UHGV virus genome: UHGV-1493261
Source of the DNA: a virus
Reading direction: 5' to 3' (one strand)
DNA: 64,000 bases
How positions within the stretch are numbered: the first letter of the stretch is position 1; each line of letters begins with the position of its first letter. The notes under the pieces were generated by a model that searched no databases, was not told the origin of the DNA, and saw only the letters and a program-made list of their open reading frames with translations. Positions 8,276 to 17,652 of the stretch are shown here, in pieces. The position numbers and the translations under genes are program-made.

Positions 8276-8578
8276 ATGTTACACGGCAGCGAACAATCAA
8301 CCAAGATCGCAAAAGATGCAGCTCAGCAATTGGAAGCCCATACCTCCAAGGAATGGAAGGTCGTGGGTAACTCATTCTCTCAAATCACTCTGATGAACGG
8401 GAACGTCTACGTCGACCACCTGATTTCTACTGGTGCTTGGCGAGCAGGGATTCAGGATTTCTGGATCGAAGACCTCGCTGGCGAGTACCTGAGTTCTCCG
8501 ATTGAGGCTTATGACAGCCTGAAAGTCGCTGTCAAAGAACATCTGAAAGAACTTCAAGAAGTTTCAGACAGTCTGTAG
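8276..8578 (+). CDS. hypothetical protein (100 aa)
   Basis: ATG at 8276 with GAGAGGAA upstream. Confidence 0.4.
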   Translation: MLHGSEQSTKIAKDAAQQLEAHTSKEWKVVGNSFSQITLMNGNVYVDHLISTGAWRAGIQDFWIEDLAGEYLSSPIEAYDSLKVAVKEHLKELQEVSDSL

Positions 8579-8606
8579 TACCGCAATTCCTCAAGTTCAC
8601 TTTCAC

Positions 8607-8639
8607 TTTAAATACCTCTGCATTCATTGTGGAGGTATT
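8607..8639 (+). promoter_or_regulatory. late-promoter-like TTTAAATA (8607-8614) overlapping the 5' arm of a hairpin (8611-8619 / 8631-8639) whose 3' arm contains the endolysin SD GGAGG
   Basis: AATACCTCT pairs with GGAGGTATT; the ATG at 8644 follows. Confidence 0.45.
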
Positions 8640-8643
8640 TCTT

Positions 8644-9438
8644 ATGGCCATTCTAAAACTTGGCAACCGTGGCACTGAAGTGAAGGCACTTCAGAATAGC
8701 CTCAACAAAATCGGCTTCACCCTCGTCGCTGATGGTATCTTTGGCAAGGCAACAGAGAACGCTGTCAAGACTGTTCAGGCGGGTGCGGGGCTTGTCATTG
8801 ATGGTATCGTGGGTCCAAAGACCTCCTATGCTATTCGCAACGCCGGAGACGCCCATCAGGATCATCTAACTGAGTCAGACCTGATTGATGCTGCTAACGA
8901 TCTGGGTGTTGACCTCGCCTCTGTCAAGGCGGTGAATCAGGTTGAGTCACGCGGTACGGGCTTCACCAAGTCAGGTAAGATCAAGACATTGTTTGAGCGC
9001 CACATCATGTATAAGAAGCTGACGGCGAAGTTCGGGCAGGCTCGGGCGAATGCCATGGGACATATGTACCCGACGTTGGTCAGCCCTTCCGCAGGCGGGT
9101 ACACGGGTGGCGACGCGGAGTTGGATCGACTTCATGCAGCGATCAACATCGACGAGGATTGTGCGTACGAGAGTGCCTCATACGGCCTCTTTCAGATCAT
9201 GGGCTTCAACTGCCAGGTCTGTGGGTATGCCAACGCCAAGGAGATGTTCAACGACTTCCTGACAGGCGAACGCGCTCATTTGATGGCATTCGTGAAGTTC
9301 ATCAAGGCTGACGCCAAGCTCTGGCAGGCTCTGAAGGACAAGAACTGGGCTGAGTTTGCGCGGCGCTATAATGGTCCGGCATATGCCAAGAACCAGTACG
9401 ACACGAAGCTCGCTGCTGCATACCGCAGCTTCAGTTAA
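8644..9438 (+). CDS. endolysin: N-terminal peptidoglycan-binding domain plus muramidase-like catalytic domain
   Basis: PG-binding repeat LGNRGTEVKALQNSLNKIGF...DGIFGKATENAV; C-terminal region SYGLFQIMGFN. Confidence 0.7.
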   Translation: MAILKLGNRGTEVKALQNSLNKIGFTLVADGIFGKATENAVKTVQAGAGLVIDGIVGPKTSYAIRNAGDAHQDHLTESDLIDAANDLGVDLASVKAVNQVESRGTGFTKSGKIKTLFERHIMYKKLTAKFGQARANAMGHMYPTLVSPSAGGYTGGDAELDRLHAAINIDEDCAYESASYGLFQIMGFNCQVCGYANAKEMFNDFLTGERAHLMAFVKFIKADAKLWQALKDKNWAEFARRYNGPAYAKNQYDTKLAAAYRSFS

Positions 9439-9442
9439 CTCA

Positions 9443-9466
9443 AAGGCCGGAAACGGCCTTTTCTTT
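9443..9466 (+). terminator. terminator hairpin AGGCCG-gaaa-CGGCCT + TTTCTTT
   Basis: Perfect 6-bp stem plus T run after the stop at 9438. Confidence 0.6.
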
Positions 9467-9539
9467 ATCCAATCCTCAGGTATGCTGGGTTGTCACCTTA
9501 ATTAGAGGTGATGACACCCTGAGATATAGGAAGGTTCCC

Positions 9540-10382
9540 ATGCAATCTGCCACCAAAGTTGTAAGTAAGAAGCCAGCGGGCAAGACCAAGTCAGCACGTA
9601 AGAAGGAGACAATCCAGAAAGAAGATGACTGGATGAAGTTCTCTAAAGGTGACTTCAGAATCGCTCCGTTCAATGGCCTCTCAGAAAATCAGAACCTCGC
9701 GTATCAATCTGCTCTTGAAGAAAACCTCACCATCGCAATCGGTCCGGCAGGCACAGGTAAATCGTACTGTGGTGCCTCAGCCGCCGCCAAGCTCCTGATC
9801 GATAAAGTAGTCAGCAAGATCGTCATCACGCGCTCTCCGCTACCAACAGGCCAGACTGCAGGCTTCCGCCCTGGCGACACATACGAAAAGCTGATGCCAT
9901 ATCTGATGCCCCTGATTCAGACGCTGAAGAAGGTGCTGAAGACTGACACAGGTAGCGACGGTTTCTTCAACTATCTGTGGGAGAAGCGGATCATTGAGAT
10001 CCAGGATCTGGAGACCATCAAGGGGATGACCTTCGACGACACCTTCCTGATCATTGAAGAAGCGCAGGAATGTGATATGGAGCAACTGAAGAACCTACTG
10101 ACCCGCGCATCCGACTCGACTTACATCTTTGTCAACGGTGACATCAAACAGTCTAACAAGCGCCTGCGTGAAAGCGCCCTGGAAAAGTACGTCAGTTCCT
10201 TCCGCGACTTCAACACCAAGCTGGAGGCCGGAACCCTGAAGATCGATGGTGTTGGCGTCGGTGATGAGTACCCTGAATGGGTTCAACCGTTCAGTATCAT
10301 CGAGTTCGACAAGTCTGACCGCAACGGGCGCGGCGACTTCACCCGCCTGATGCTGGAAGTCAACGATCTGTACGACATTTAA
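9540..10382 (+). CDS. phoH: PhoH-like P-loop ATPase
   Basis: Walker A GPAGTGKS and overall PhoH-like layout. Confidence 0.75.
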   Translation: MQSATKVVSKKPAGKTKSARKKETIQKEDDWMKFSKGDFRIAPFNGLSENQNLAYQSALEENLTIAIGPAGTGKSYCGASAAAKLLIDKVVSKIVITRSPLPTGQTAGFRPGDTYEKLMPYLMPLIQTLKKVLKTDTGSDGFFNYLWEKRIIEIQDLETIKGMTFDDTFLIIEEAQECDMEQLKNLLTRASDSTYIFVNGDIKQSNKRLRESALEKYVSSFRDFNTKLEAGTLKIDGVGVGDEYPEWVQPFSIIEFDKSDRNGRGDFTRLMLEVNDLYDI

Positions 10383-10465
10383 GTAACTCGCCAACCCTCC
10401 CCGCCGCCTTCAATCTACGAGGGCGGCGTATAATAAAACCTGCGTAAACAAACCCGAGGAACACC

Positions 10466-12748
10466 ATGATTAACGTTATAAAACGTGACGGATCTTCTGT
10501 CCCATTTGATATTGAGAAACTACACGCAGTCGTAGACCGCGCATGTGATGGCTTGCCTGGTGTATCAATGTCAGAGGTGATCGCTGCATCGAAGATTCAG
10601 TTCACCGACAACATGAGAACAGATCGCATTCAGGATATCCTCATCCAGGCTGCAGCTTCACTGATCTCTGTAGAGAAACCCAACTACCAGTATGTGGCCG
10701 CTCGCCTGAAGTCATATGATCTGCGCAAGGCTGTCTATGGCCAGTACAAGCCGCCTCACCTGCTGGATATCTTCGTCAAGAACATCAAACAGCGCGTGTA
10801 TGATCGTGAGTTCCTTGATCTCTACACGACCGAAGAGTTCAACGAACTGAACGATGTTATCAACCACAAACGTGACAAGAACTTCACCTGGGCGGCCATG
10901 GGTCAGCTGACAGAGAAGTATCTGCTGCGTGACCGTTCCAAGAAGGACAGCAAGATCTTCTACGAAACCCCTCAGGTCATGTACATGGGCATCGCCATGG
11001 CGTTGTTCTCTAACTGGGACAGAGACAGCCGCCTGGAAATGGTTAAGAAGTTCTATGAATATGCCAGCACAGGCAAGTTCAGTCTTCCAACCCCGATTAT
11101 GGCAGGCGTTCGTACTCCTACCCGTCAGTTCAGTTCCTGCGTGTTAATCAAGACTGATGACACCCTGAACTCTATCAACGCAACAGCCAAGACCATCGTT
11201 GACTATGTGTCCAAACGTGCGGGTATCGGCTTCGACGTCGGGGCTATCCGTGGGATTGGTAGTCCTATTCGCGGCGGAGAAATGGTTCACACAGGCCTGA
11301 TCCCGTTCATCAAGTACCTCACTGGCGCACTGAAGTCGTGCTCTCAGGGCGGCATTCGTGGTGGTGCGGCAACAGCATACATCCCTCTGTGGCATTACCA
11401 GTTCGATGACGTCGTTGTTCTGAAGAACAACCGTGGTACTGAAGAAAACCGCGAACGCCGTATCGACTATGGCATTCAGATCAACCGCGTGATGTTTGAG
11501 CGCCTGGTTGCCAAGCAGCCTCTGTATCTGTTCGACCCGAAAGACAACCGCGAAATGTATGAAGCATACTTCGCTGACGTTGACAAGTTCCGTACTCTGT
11601 ATGAGAACATGATCAAGGCCGCTGATGCTGGTTTGGTTCGTGCTAAAAAGTTGCAGGCAGAAGAGGTGTTCCAGATGCTGTTAGACCAGCGTTCAGACAC
11701 AGGCCGCATCTACATCGCATTTGTCGATCACATGAATGAATACAGTCCATTCAACCTAGACACGATTTATTCTTCAAATCTTTGTTTAGAAATCGCCCTG
11801 CCGACCCGTGAGTTTGAGCAGTACAACGATGAAAACGGGCGCGTGGCTCTGTGCACCCTGGCTTCCTTCAACCTGACAGCGTTCGAAGATCCTACGGAAA
11901 TGGAAGACGTGGCGTTCGTGTTGGTGTCTGCGCTGGACATGCTGTTGGAATATCAGGACTATCCAGCGATTCAGGCTCGTAAAGCTGTTGAAGACTATCG
12001 TCCTCTGGGTGTTGGTATCGTGAACGTGGCTCACTTCCTGGCCAAGAACTTCACGGGTTATGGCTCACCAGCTGGTCTTGAAATGCTGGATGCGTGGATG
12101 GCACACCTGCACTTCTATCTGGTCAAGGCGTCCAACCGTCTGGCTATGAAGTTCGGTGCTTGCAAACGCAGAACCATCCACAATAATGGGCAGGTCACCG
12201 CCGACCTTCAGCCGCTTCCACTTGATATCCTACCAAATGGCAAGAAGCCGGAAGGGATGGCATACGGGCTGGATTGGGATGAGTTGAAGGATAATCTGAA
12301 GACCTATGGTATCCGCAACGCCACTCTGCTGGCAGTAGCCCCTACCGAAAGCTCCTCACAGGTCCTCAACGCAACGAACGGTATTGAGCCACCGAAGGGC
12401 TTGGTGAGCATCAAGGGTAGCAAGGACGGCACTTATAAGCAGGTCGTCCCGGACGTTGAGACCCTTGGACCGATGTATGACCTCAAGTGGGACCTGGACT
12501 GTATTGAGTACCTGAAGACCGCTGCTGTCATCCAGCGCTGGGTTGACCAGTCCATCAGTACCAACACGTGGTATGACCCAGAGAAGTACCCTGACAGCAA
12601 GATCCCTCGCGCCAAGATGATGCAGGATATCCTGTCGTTCTATATGTGGGGTGGCAAGACTCTGTATTACAACACAAACAAGGACGCCAAGGAAGACGAA
12701 GAGCTGAAGCAGGCTGAGGAAACTCAGTGCGATAGCTGTGTTGTATAA
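10466..12748 (+). CDS. nrdA: ribonucleotide reductase class Ia large subunit
   Basis: ATP-cone N-terminus; active-site stretch SSNLCLEIALPT...ALCTLASFNL; C-terminal CDSC. Confidence 0.9.
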   Translation: MINVIKRDGSSVPFDIEKLHAVVDRACDGLPGVSMSEVIAASKIQFTDNMRTDRIQDILIQAAASLISVEKPNYQYVAARLKSYDLRKAVYGQYKPPHLLDIFVKNIKQRVYDREFLDLYTTEEFNELNDVINHKRDKNFTWAAMGQLTEKYLLRDRSKKDSKIFYETPQVMYMGIAMALFSNWDRDSRLEMVKKFYEYASTGKFSLPTPIMAGVRTPTRQFSSCVLIKTDDTLNSINATAKTIVDYVSKRAGIGFDVGAIRGIGSPIRGGEMVHTGLIPFIKYLTGALKSCSQGGIRGGAATAYIPLWHYQFDDVVVLKNNRGTEENRERRIDYGIQINRVMFERLVAKQPLYLFDPKDNREMYEAYFADVDKFRTLYENMIKAADAGLVRAKKLQAEEVFQMLLDQRSDTGRIYIAFVDHMNEYSPFNLDTIYSSNLCLEIALPTREFEQYNDENGRVALCTLASFNLTAFEDPTEMEDVAFVLVSALDMLLEYQDYPAIQARKAVEDYRPLGVGIVNVAHFLAKNFTGYGSPAGLEMLDAWMAHLHFYLVKASNRLAMKFGACKRRTIHNNGQVTADLQPLPLDILPNGKKPEGMAYGLDWDELKDNLKTYGIRNATLLAVAPTESSSQVLNATNGIEPPKGLVSIKGSKDGTYKQVVPDVETLGPMYDLKWDLDCIEYLKTAAVIQRWVDQSISTNTWYDPEKYPDSKIPRAKMMQDILSFYMWGGKTLYYNTNKDAKEDEELKQAEETQCDSCVV

Positions 12749-12780
12749 ATTGGTCTAAACCTACTACCGTTATATCATCA

Positions 12781-12803
12781 GGGGTGAGAGATCACCCCTT
12801 ATT
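12781..12803 (+). terminator. hairpin GGGGTGA-gaga-TCACCCC between nrdA and nrdB (weak T tail)
   Basis: Perfect 7-bp stem; tail TTATT only. Confidence 0.35.
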
Positions 12804-12818
12804 AATCAGGAAAGAAAC

Positions 12819-13922
12819 ATGAGCGAACAGAAACAATTCTCCGTATTCGACCCAAGCTCGGACAACACTGGTCTACCGTTCTTCGGTGACCCAGTGAGCA
12901 TCCAGCGTTACGATGTCGTGGCCTGGCCATTCGTACAGAAGTGGTATGAGAAAGGTCTCAGTCAATTCTGGCGTCCTGAAGAGGTGGACATCACCAAGGA
13001 CAAGGCAGACTTCGCTACTCTGAACGAAGCAGAGAAACATGTCTACTTCAGCAACCTGAAGCGCCAGACCATGCTGGACTCTATCCAGGGTGCGGCTCCG
13101 TTCGAGGCGTTTGGTCCATGGGCGTCTACCCCTGAAATGCAGTTTGCTGTCCTTGAATGGACGCGCCAGGAAGCCATTCACTCTTTATCGTACACCCACA
13201 TTTTGCGCAATACTGTGAACGATCCAGGTATCGTGTTTGACCACGTACTGGATGTTGTGGAGATCGTGGACTGTGCTCACCAGATCAGTGTGTACTACGA
13301 TGACATGGTACAGTACAGTGGCATGCGTATGGCCGGACGCATCTTCACCCGAGAAGATCTGATGAATGCCAAACGCGCATTCTGGCGTGCTCTGTTTGCT
13401 GCCAACACACTGGAAGGCATCCGCTTCTACGTGTCCTTTGCATGCTCTTGGGCATTCACACAGTTCCAGAAGAAGATGGAAGGCAATGCCAAAATCATTC
13501 GACAGATCGCCCGTGATGAGCAGGATCACCTGATCCTGACCCAGACGCTGCTAAACCGCCTGCCTGGTATGGACCCCGACTTTGCAATCATCCGTGAGGA
13601 ACTGCGTGGTGAGATGACCCAGATGTTCCTGGACGTGGTCCATCAGGAGAAGGAGTGGGCGAACTACCTATTCAAAGACGGTTCCATCCTGGGGCTGAAC
13701 GCCAAGATCCTTCATCAGATGGTAGACTGGCTGGCAACCCACCGGATGGGCGCTATCGGGCACCCATATCCCGGTGAACCTCGCAAGGAGAACCCAGTCC
13801 CATGGATTAATGACTGGCTAGATAATAAGGCAATGCAGTACGCGTTGCAGGAAGCGGAAGCTCCTGATTATCTGATGGGTGTACTGACTGGTTCGGTATC
13901 CGATGGCCTCAAATTCGCTTAA
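12819..13922 (+). CDS. nrdB: ribonucleotide reductase class Ia small subunit
   Basis: Di-iron/tyrosyl-radical family pattern (EAIHSLSY, RDEQDHL). Confidence 0.85.
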   Translation: MSEQKQFSVFDPSSDNTGLPFFGDPVSIQRYDVVAWPFVQKWYEKGLSQFWRPEEVDITKDKADFATLNEAEKHVYFSNLKRQTMLDSIQGAAPFEAFGPWASTPEMQFAVLEWTRQEAIHSLSYTHILRNTVNDPGIVFDHVLDVVEIVDCAHQISVYYDDMVQYSGMRMAGRIFTREDLMNAKRAFWRALFAANTLEGIRFYVSFACSWAFTQFQKKMEGNAKIIRQIARDEQDHLILTQTLLNRLPGMDPDFAIIREELRGEMTQMFLDVVHQEKEWANYLFKDGSILGLNAKILHQMVDWLATHRMGAIGHPYPGEPRKENPVPWINDWLDNKAMQYALQEAEAPDYLMGVLTGSVSDGLKFA

Positions 13923-13931
13923 AGGTGAGAA

Positions 13932-14156
13932 ATGATTACGATCTATTCCAAACAAGGTTGCGCTCAGTGTGTAACAGCCGAAAATCTGTGCAAAATGAAA
14001 GGGCTGGAACACAAGATCCTCAAGCTGGACAAAGATTACCGGCTGGAAGAACTTCAGCAGTTGACGGGTAAGCCGCGCGTGTCGATGCCTGTAATCGTCC
14101 TCGCTGACCAGACCGTGACCGACGTTAATGGACTCGCCGCCAGCCTTAAACGCTGA
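13932..14156 (+). CDS. glutaredoxin/NrdH-like redoxin (74 aa)
   Basis: CAQC redox motif near the N-terminus; sits directly after nrdB. Confidence 0.6.
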   Translation: MITIYSKQGCAQCVTAENLCKMKGLEHKILKLDKDYRLEELQQLTGKPRVSMPVIVLADQTVTDVNGLAASLKR

Positions 14157-14164
14157 CAAGCCAA

Positions 14165-14185
14165 AGCCCCTCATTGAGGGGCTTT
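14165..14185 (+). terminator. terminator hairpin AGCCCCTC-att-GAGGGGCT
   Basis: Perfect 8-bp stem. Confidence 0.55.
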
Positions 14186-14211
14186 ACTTCTATAATCCCT
14201 GCGCTTATACT
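14183..14211 (+). promoter_or_regulatory. sigma70-like early promoter: -35 TTTACT, 17-nt spacer, -10 TATACT
   Basis: Same architecture as 468-496. Confidence 0.5.
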
Positions 14212-14241
14212 TCCCAGTAATTCATTGGCATTCGCCACAAA

Positions 14242-14265
14242 TTGAAAGCGGGAACTATATCATGA
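14242..14265 (+). promoter_or_regulatory. Conserved translation-initiation box TTGAAAGCGGGAACTATATCATGA
   Basis: Near-identical to 524-548. Confidence 0.4.
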
Positions 14266-14723
14266 CAAACAAAGTACTCACCAACCCACTGCACAACTTC
14301 GGTTACATTCAACTCCCTCTGGTGATCGACACCCTGTACGCCGACGACAAAGAAGAGATCTGCTGGTCACCCACCGCACTGATTGAACGCGAAATCTTCA
14401 AGTCTGTTGTTGATGTCATGTTCCGTATCGGTCGCAATGGACCTCTGGTCTACCTCGGCAAGGTGACTGAGTTGAAGACAAGCCACAACGAACGCTTCCT
14501 TCGTATCGATACAACGGGGTGCTCTCAGCAGGACTTCAACACACTACGTAACTATGTACTGATCAACCGTCCGGTCAGCCAGCACCGCCCGTACCTGACG
14601 TCAATGCACATCGACAATTTCATCACCGACGTGCACCTCCGCGCCGAAACCCTTCATGAAGAGGAAACAGGCCGAGCTATCGACACAGTCTTAAATATGG
14701 TTGTGATCACCCTGGCGGAGTAG
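14262..14723 (+). CDS. hypothetical early protein (153 aa)
   Basis: ORF preceded by the promoter cassette. Confidence 0.5.
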   Translation: MTNKVLTNPLHNFGYIQLPLVIDTLYADDKEEICWSPTALIEREIFKSVVDVMFRIGRNGPLVYLGKVTELKTSHNERFLRIDTTGCSQQDFNTLRNYVLINRPVSQHRPYLTSMHIDNFITDVHLRAETLHEEETGRAIDTVLNMVVITLAE

Positions 14724-14728
14724 TCCTC

Positions 14729-15079
14729 ATGCAAGATTACAAAGAGCTGAGCATGCAGCTGGCAGTCCCCATACCCGACAAAGATTTATACCAGAACCTG
14801 CATCATCTGATGTCTGAAGGACACATGCTGTCATTGCAGTCTGAGGATGGAACTCAGATCGGTTATGCCACCAGTTGCGTGGTCTACGACAAACCAGGAG
14901 ACGAAGAGCGCGGACAGGTCAGTGTGGGTTCCAGATTTGTGTTGAACAAGAAGCTGGAGGGATCAGTGGTTGACGTCAGGCCGATGATTATCCTCTACCA
15001 CTTCAACGGTAAAGAGATGTTCAGGTTATTGAGCCACTTCATGTTAGTCGTGGCTCCGGCATTCAGGACGAAATTCTAA
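14729..15079 (+). CDS. hypothetical protein (116 aa)
   Basis: ORF. Confidence 0.45.
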   Translation: MQDYKELSMQLAVPIPDKDLYQNLHHLMSEGHMLSLQSEDGTQIGYATSCVVYDKPGDEERGQVSVGSRFVLNKKLEGSVVDVRPMIILYHFNGKEMFRLLSHFMLVVAPAFRTKF

Positions 15080-15456
15080 TTCGTCCTTTTCAACCACACG
15101 GTGTCTGTTATTGGATCTGGATTGTTGACCACATAGAATGTGATGGTAACGCCCAGAGAATGGTAATCCTCTGACAGACTCACCGTGACTTCTTCTACCT
15201 CTGCTCTGGGTTCATACAGGGCGATAGCGTCCTCTACTTTGTTCCTCACGTCTACCTGGATAGTCGGTGTCGTGTTTTCGCCCAGCAGCCCATAAAGCCC
15301 CGCGCCGATCCCAGGATAAGTAGGCCAATCCCCAACCGAAGACATGACGATATTCCGCACGGATTGTAAGACAGCATACACACCTGATTTCATGGTGACA
15401 TCTTTGGTCACCGGATGCATGCCGAACTTCAGATCGACATCTTTATACTCTTTCAT
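15076..15456 (-). CDS. 25: baseplate wedge protein, T4 gp25-like
   Basis: Matches my recollection of T4 gp25 (PGIGAGL..LLGE, YEPR, NPDPI). Confidence 0.75.
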   Translation of the reverse strand: MKEYKDVDLKFGMHPVTKDVTMKSGVYAVLQSVRNIVMSSVGDWPTYPGIGAGLYGLLGENTTPTIQVDVRNKVEDAIALYEPRAEVEEVTVSLSEDYHSLGVTITFYVVNNPDPITDTVWLKRTN

Positions 15457-15529
15457 TTCGCGATCCTCTCAGGATGCCTATAAGGAGCAGAGAGACGTGC
15501 TGCCCCTCTGCCACCAAACTTATACCAAC

Positions 15530-17140
15530 TTACTCTTTGGTGCCGAAATTACCACCATTGTCTTTTAATTCTGCCTTGATGTCAATCTCACCCGGACCCG
15601 TAGGGGATGCAGGGGTTGCACCTGACAGAGAAGAAGCGCGACCAGCACCTTCGGCATATATGATGTTACCATTGATCGTCTGAGCGACAGTCAGTTTGTC
15701 AGCGATTATCTCAGTCGTTAGAATCTTAGGAACCTTCAATGTCCCGCCGACCTCCAGAGTCTCGCAGATAATGCGCAGAATATTCTGCGCTTGCATTTCC
15801 GCTAGGTCACTGAATTTCATCAGCGCTGTGCCCGCAACCACATTTGAGTAGTTGTTGGAATGCAAATGATAGACCTCACCTGTCTTGCGCTGAACTTCAG
15901 TTCCTTTGACCGTCAGGTTGTGGTCCCCGCCGACATAATAACGCTTGTTGAACATCGTCAGGTCATAGTGGTCTTTGACGGACTTGTTGACCACATCACC
16001 ATCCGGCAACATTTGCTTGTAAGACCCAGACTTATGCATCCAATGAAGACGTTCACCACCAGGGGTGTCATCCACTTCCATAATATGCCCAGCTCGGGAC
16101 ACCATGACGTTATTGTACGGGTATTTGGAGCCACCCGCAGCCGGAACTATGGTCTCTCCAGTGTTGTCAATATCCCGCACTCGCCCAGTGGGAGCCGGAG
16201 TCGGTTGTTCCTTTGGAGTACGATCTGGGATAGGTTCTGACCATTTACCATTCTGCTGAGCAGGCAAGGCTGTGGCTGTGTTAGCAGGACCAGGCCAACG
16301 ATACCCCAAGACCGAAGAACGTCTGAAACGACTGACCTTCACTGAATCGGATTGGTTGCCACCAATACACCAGACATAGTTTTCATCGAACTTCTGTACA
16401 AACGCCACGTGTCCAAATGTAGGGTTGTTACCACGCCGGAAGACTACGATAGCACCATATTGTGGTGCTGACAGTGGAGTGCCCCATGTAAGGTAAGATC
16501 GGGCAAGAGCGGAGCGTGTAGACGTGTATCCAGCCTGTATCATAACCCAACCCACGAACGCCGCACACCACGACACTTCATCTTCAGAAGCACCAAGGGA
16601 GGTTGTCTTGTGATATTCTATAATGCGCGGGTTGTTGTTGAACTTTCCGGCATACTCCTTGATACCCAATTCGCCACGAGCGATTGTCATCCACTTCTCT
16701 GGATCATACCCACCAACAGGTGGTTGTGGATCTGGTTGTGGTTCGTCTTCTTGTTTCACAGGAACGTCAGTGACAGCGTTGTACGCCTGACGTTCTACAG
16801 ATTGAACGACCTGCCCGAGAGCCAGCGGGTTTGTGTCGGCGCCATCAGTAGGGCTTGAACCAGTCCAAGTCCAGGTGATGCGTAAATTCTGGTATGCTTC
16901 GTCAAGGGCGAACCCCATAACCTCAGTGCCAGGAATGATACCCGTTGGAGACCAACCTAAACCAGCAGAGGAGGCATTTGAAGCAGGCATCAGTACCTTC
17001 GCCCATGGGAGTTTGTCTGTAGGCAGGAGGACGGGATCGTCGGTGTGTACGCCATATATGCGGACGGCGACGCGCCCGTTTTGGTCTGGATCGTTGACAT
17101 CTTCAACGGTGCCGTAAAACCATCTCATATTGTCTAACAT
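15530..17140 (-). CDS. 5: baseplate central spike: gp5-like N-terminal OB domain fused to a CHAP peptidase/amidase domain
   Basis: N-terminus WFYGTVEDVNDPDQNGRVAVRIYGVH...LPWAKVL; CHAP Cys (SWCAAFVGWV) and His (GHVAFV). Confidence 0.7.
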   Translation of the reverse strand: MLDNMRWFYGTVEDVNDPDQNGRVAVRIYGVHTDDPVLLPTDKLPWAKVLMPASNASSAGLGWSPTGIIPGTEVMGFALDEAYQNLRITWTWTGSSPTDGADTNPLALGQVVQSVERQAYNAVTDVPVKQEDEPQPDPQPPVGGYDPEKWMTIARGELGIKEYAGKFNNNPRIIEYHKTTSLGASEDEVSWCAAFVGWVMIQAGYTSTRSALARSYLTWGTPLSAPQYGAIVVFRRGNNPTFGHVAFVQKFDENYVWCIGGNQSDSVKVSRFRRSSVLGYRWPGPANTATALPAQQNGKWSEPIPDRTPKEQPTPAPTGRVRDIDNTGETIVPAAGGSKYPYNNVMVSRAGHIMEVDDTPGGERLHWMHKSGSYKQMLPDGDVVNKSVKDHYDLTMFNKRYYVGGDHNLTVKGTEVQRKTGEVYHLHSNNYSNVVAGTALMKFSDLAEMQAQNILRIICETLEVGGTLKVPKILTTEIIADKLTVAQTINGNIIYAEGAGRASSLSGATPASPTGPGEIDIKAELKDNGGNFGTKE

Positions 17141-17174
17141 ATTGAGTTCCGGTTGTCAAACAAGGATTTGAAGG

Positions 17175-17182
17175 TATTTATG
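17175..17182 (-). promoter_or_regulatory. late-promoter-like CATAAATA, 35 nt upstream of the gp5-like start
   Basis: Minus-strand read of 17175-17182. Confidence 0.35.
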
Positions 17183-17481
17183 CGCAGCTGATTTTGCCTT
17201 ATATACTATAGGAAGCTCTGCTTCCGTTCATTTTATTTGTTTTATTCGATCCTATTCGCTTCGCTCATCAAACCGCCCTATGCGGGCAGCACCATTCCAA
17301 TGCCATGGAGGCATAAGGGCGAGGCAATAACTGTACACCCCAGAACACTCCTTGAAAAATGGTATTTTACTGACAATCTGATTCAAAACAAACAAACACC
17401 AACAAATGACTCGGGAACAAGCCCATTATAGCAATTTCAGGTAAAGAGAGTGCGTGTTAACCGATTTTACAGTTAAGCCAA

Positions 17482-17505
17482 TAAAAATCCCGCCGAAGCG
17501 GGATT
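17482..17505 (-). terminator. terminator hairpin AATCCCGC-ttcg-GCGGGATT + TTTTT (minus strand)
   Basis: Perfect 8-bp stem plus T run downstream of the gene ending at 17653. Confidence 0.6.
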
Positions 17506-17652
17506 ACTGTTTCTTAGACAACCTGACCTTGAGGGCTTCGGTTAACAAGTCAAGATGCCATGGCATCGACTCGTTGATTTCAAATATGCTATAGCCGTGT
17601 AACTTCAATTCATCACACATCACGAAGTAGGATAATAAATCAGTTTCAAACA

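Noticed and set aside
10466-13922. Group I intron or intein in nrdA or nrdB, as occurs in some T4-like phages
   Set aside because: Both ORFs are continuous and of normal length with intact conserved blocks
15860-17117. Plus-strand ORFs overlapping the gp5-like gene (15860-16240, 16610-16858, 16833-17117)
   Set aside because: Antisense to a gene with clear domain motifs; no independent support
17237-17431. 64-aa plus-strand ORF in the long intergenic region
   Set aside because: No SD, hydrophobic low-complexity translation, opposite to the flanking genes; kept only as part of the unexplained gap
17141-17652. tRNA gene in the long gap
   Set aside because: No GTTCGAATC-type T-loop with a matching acceptor stem found by eye; a covariance search would be needed to be certain
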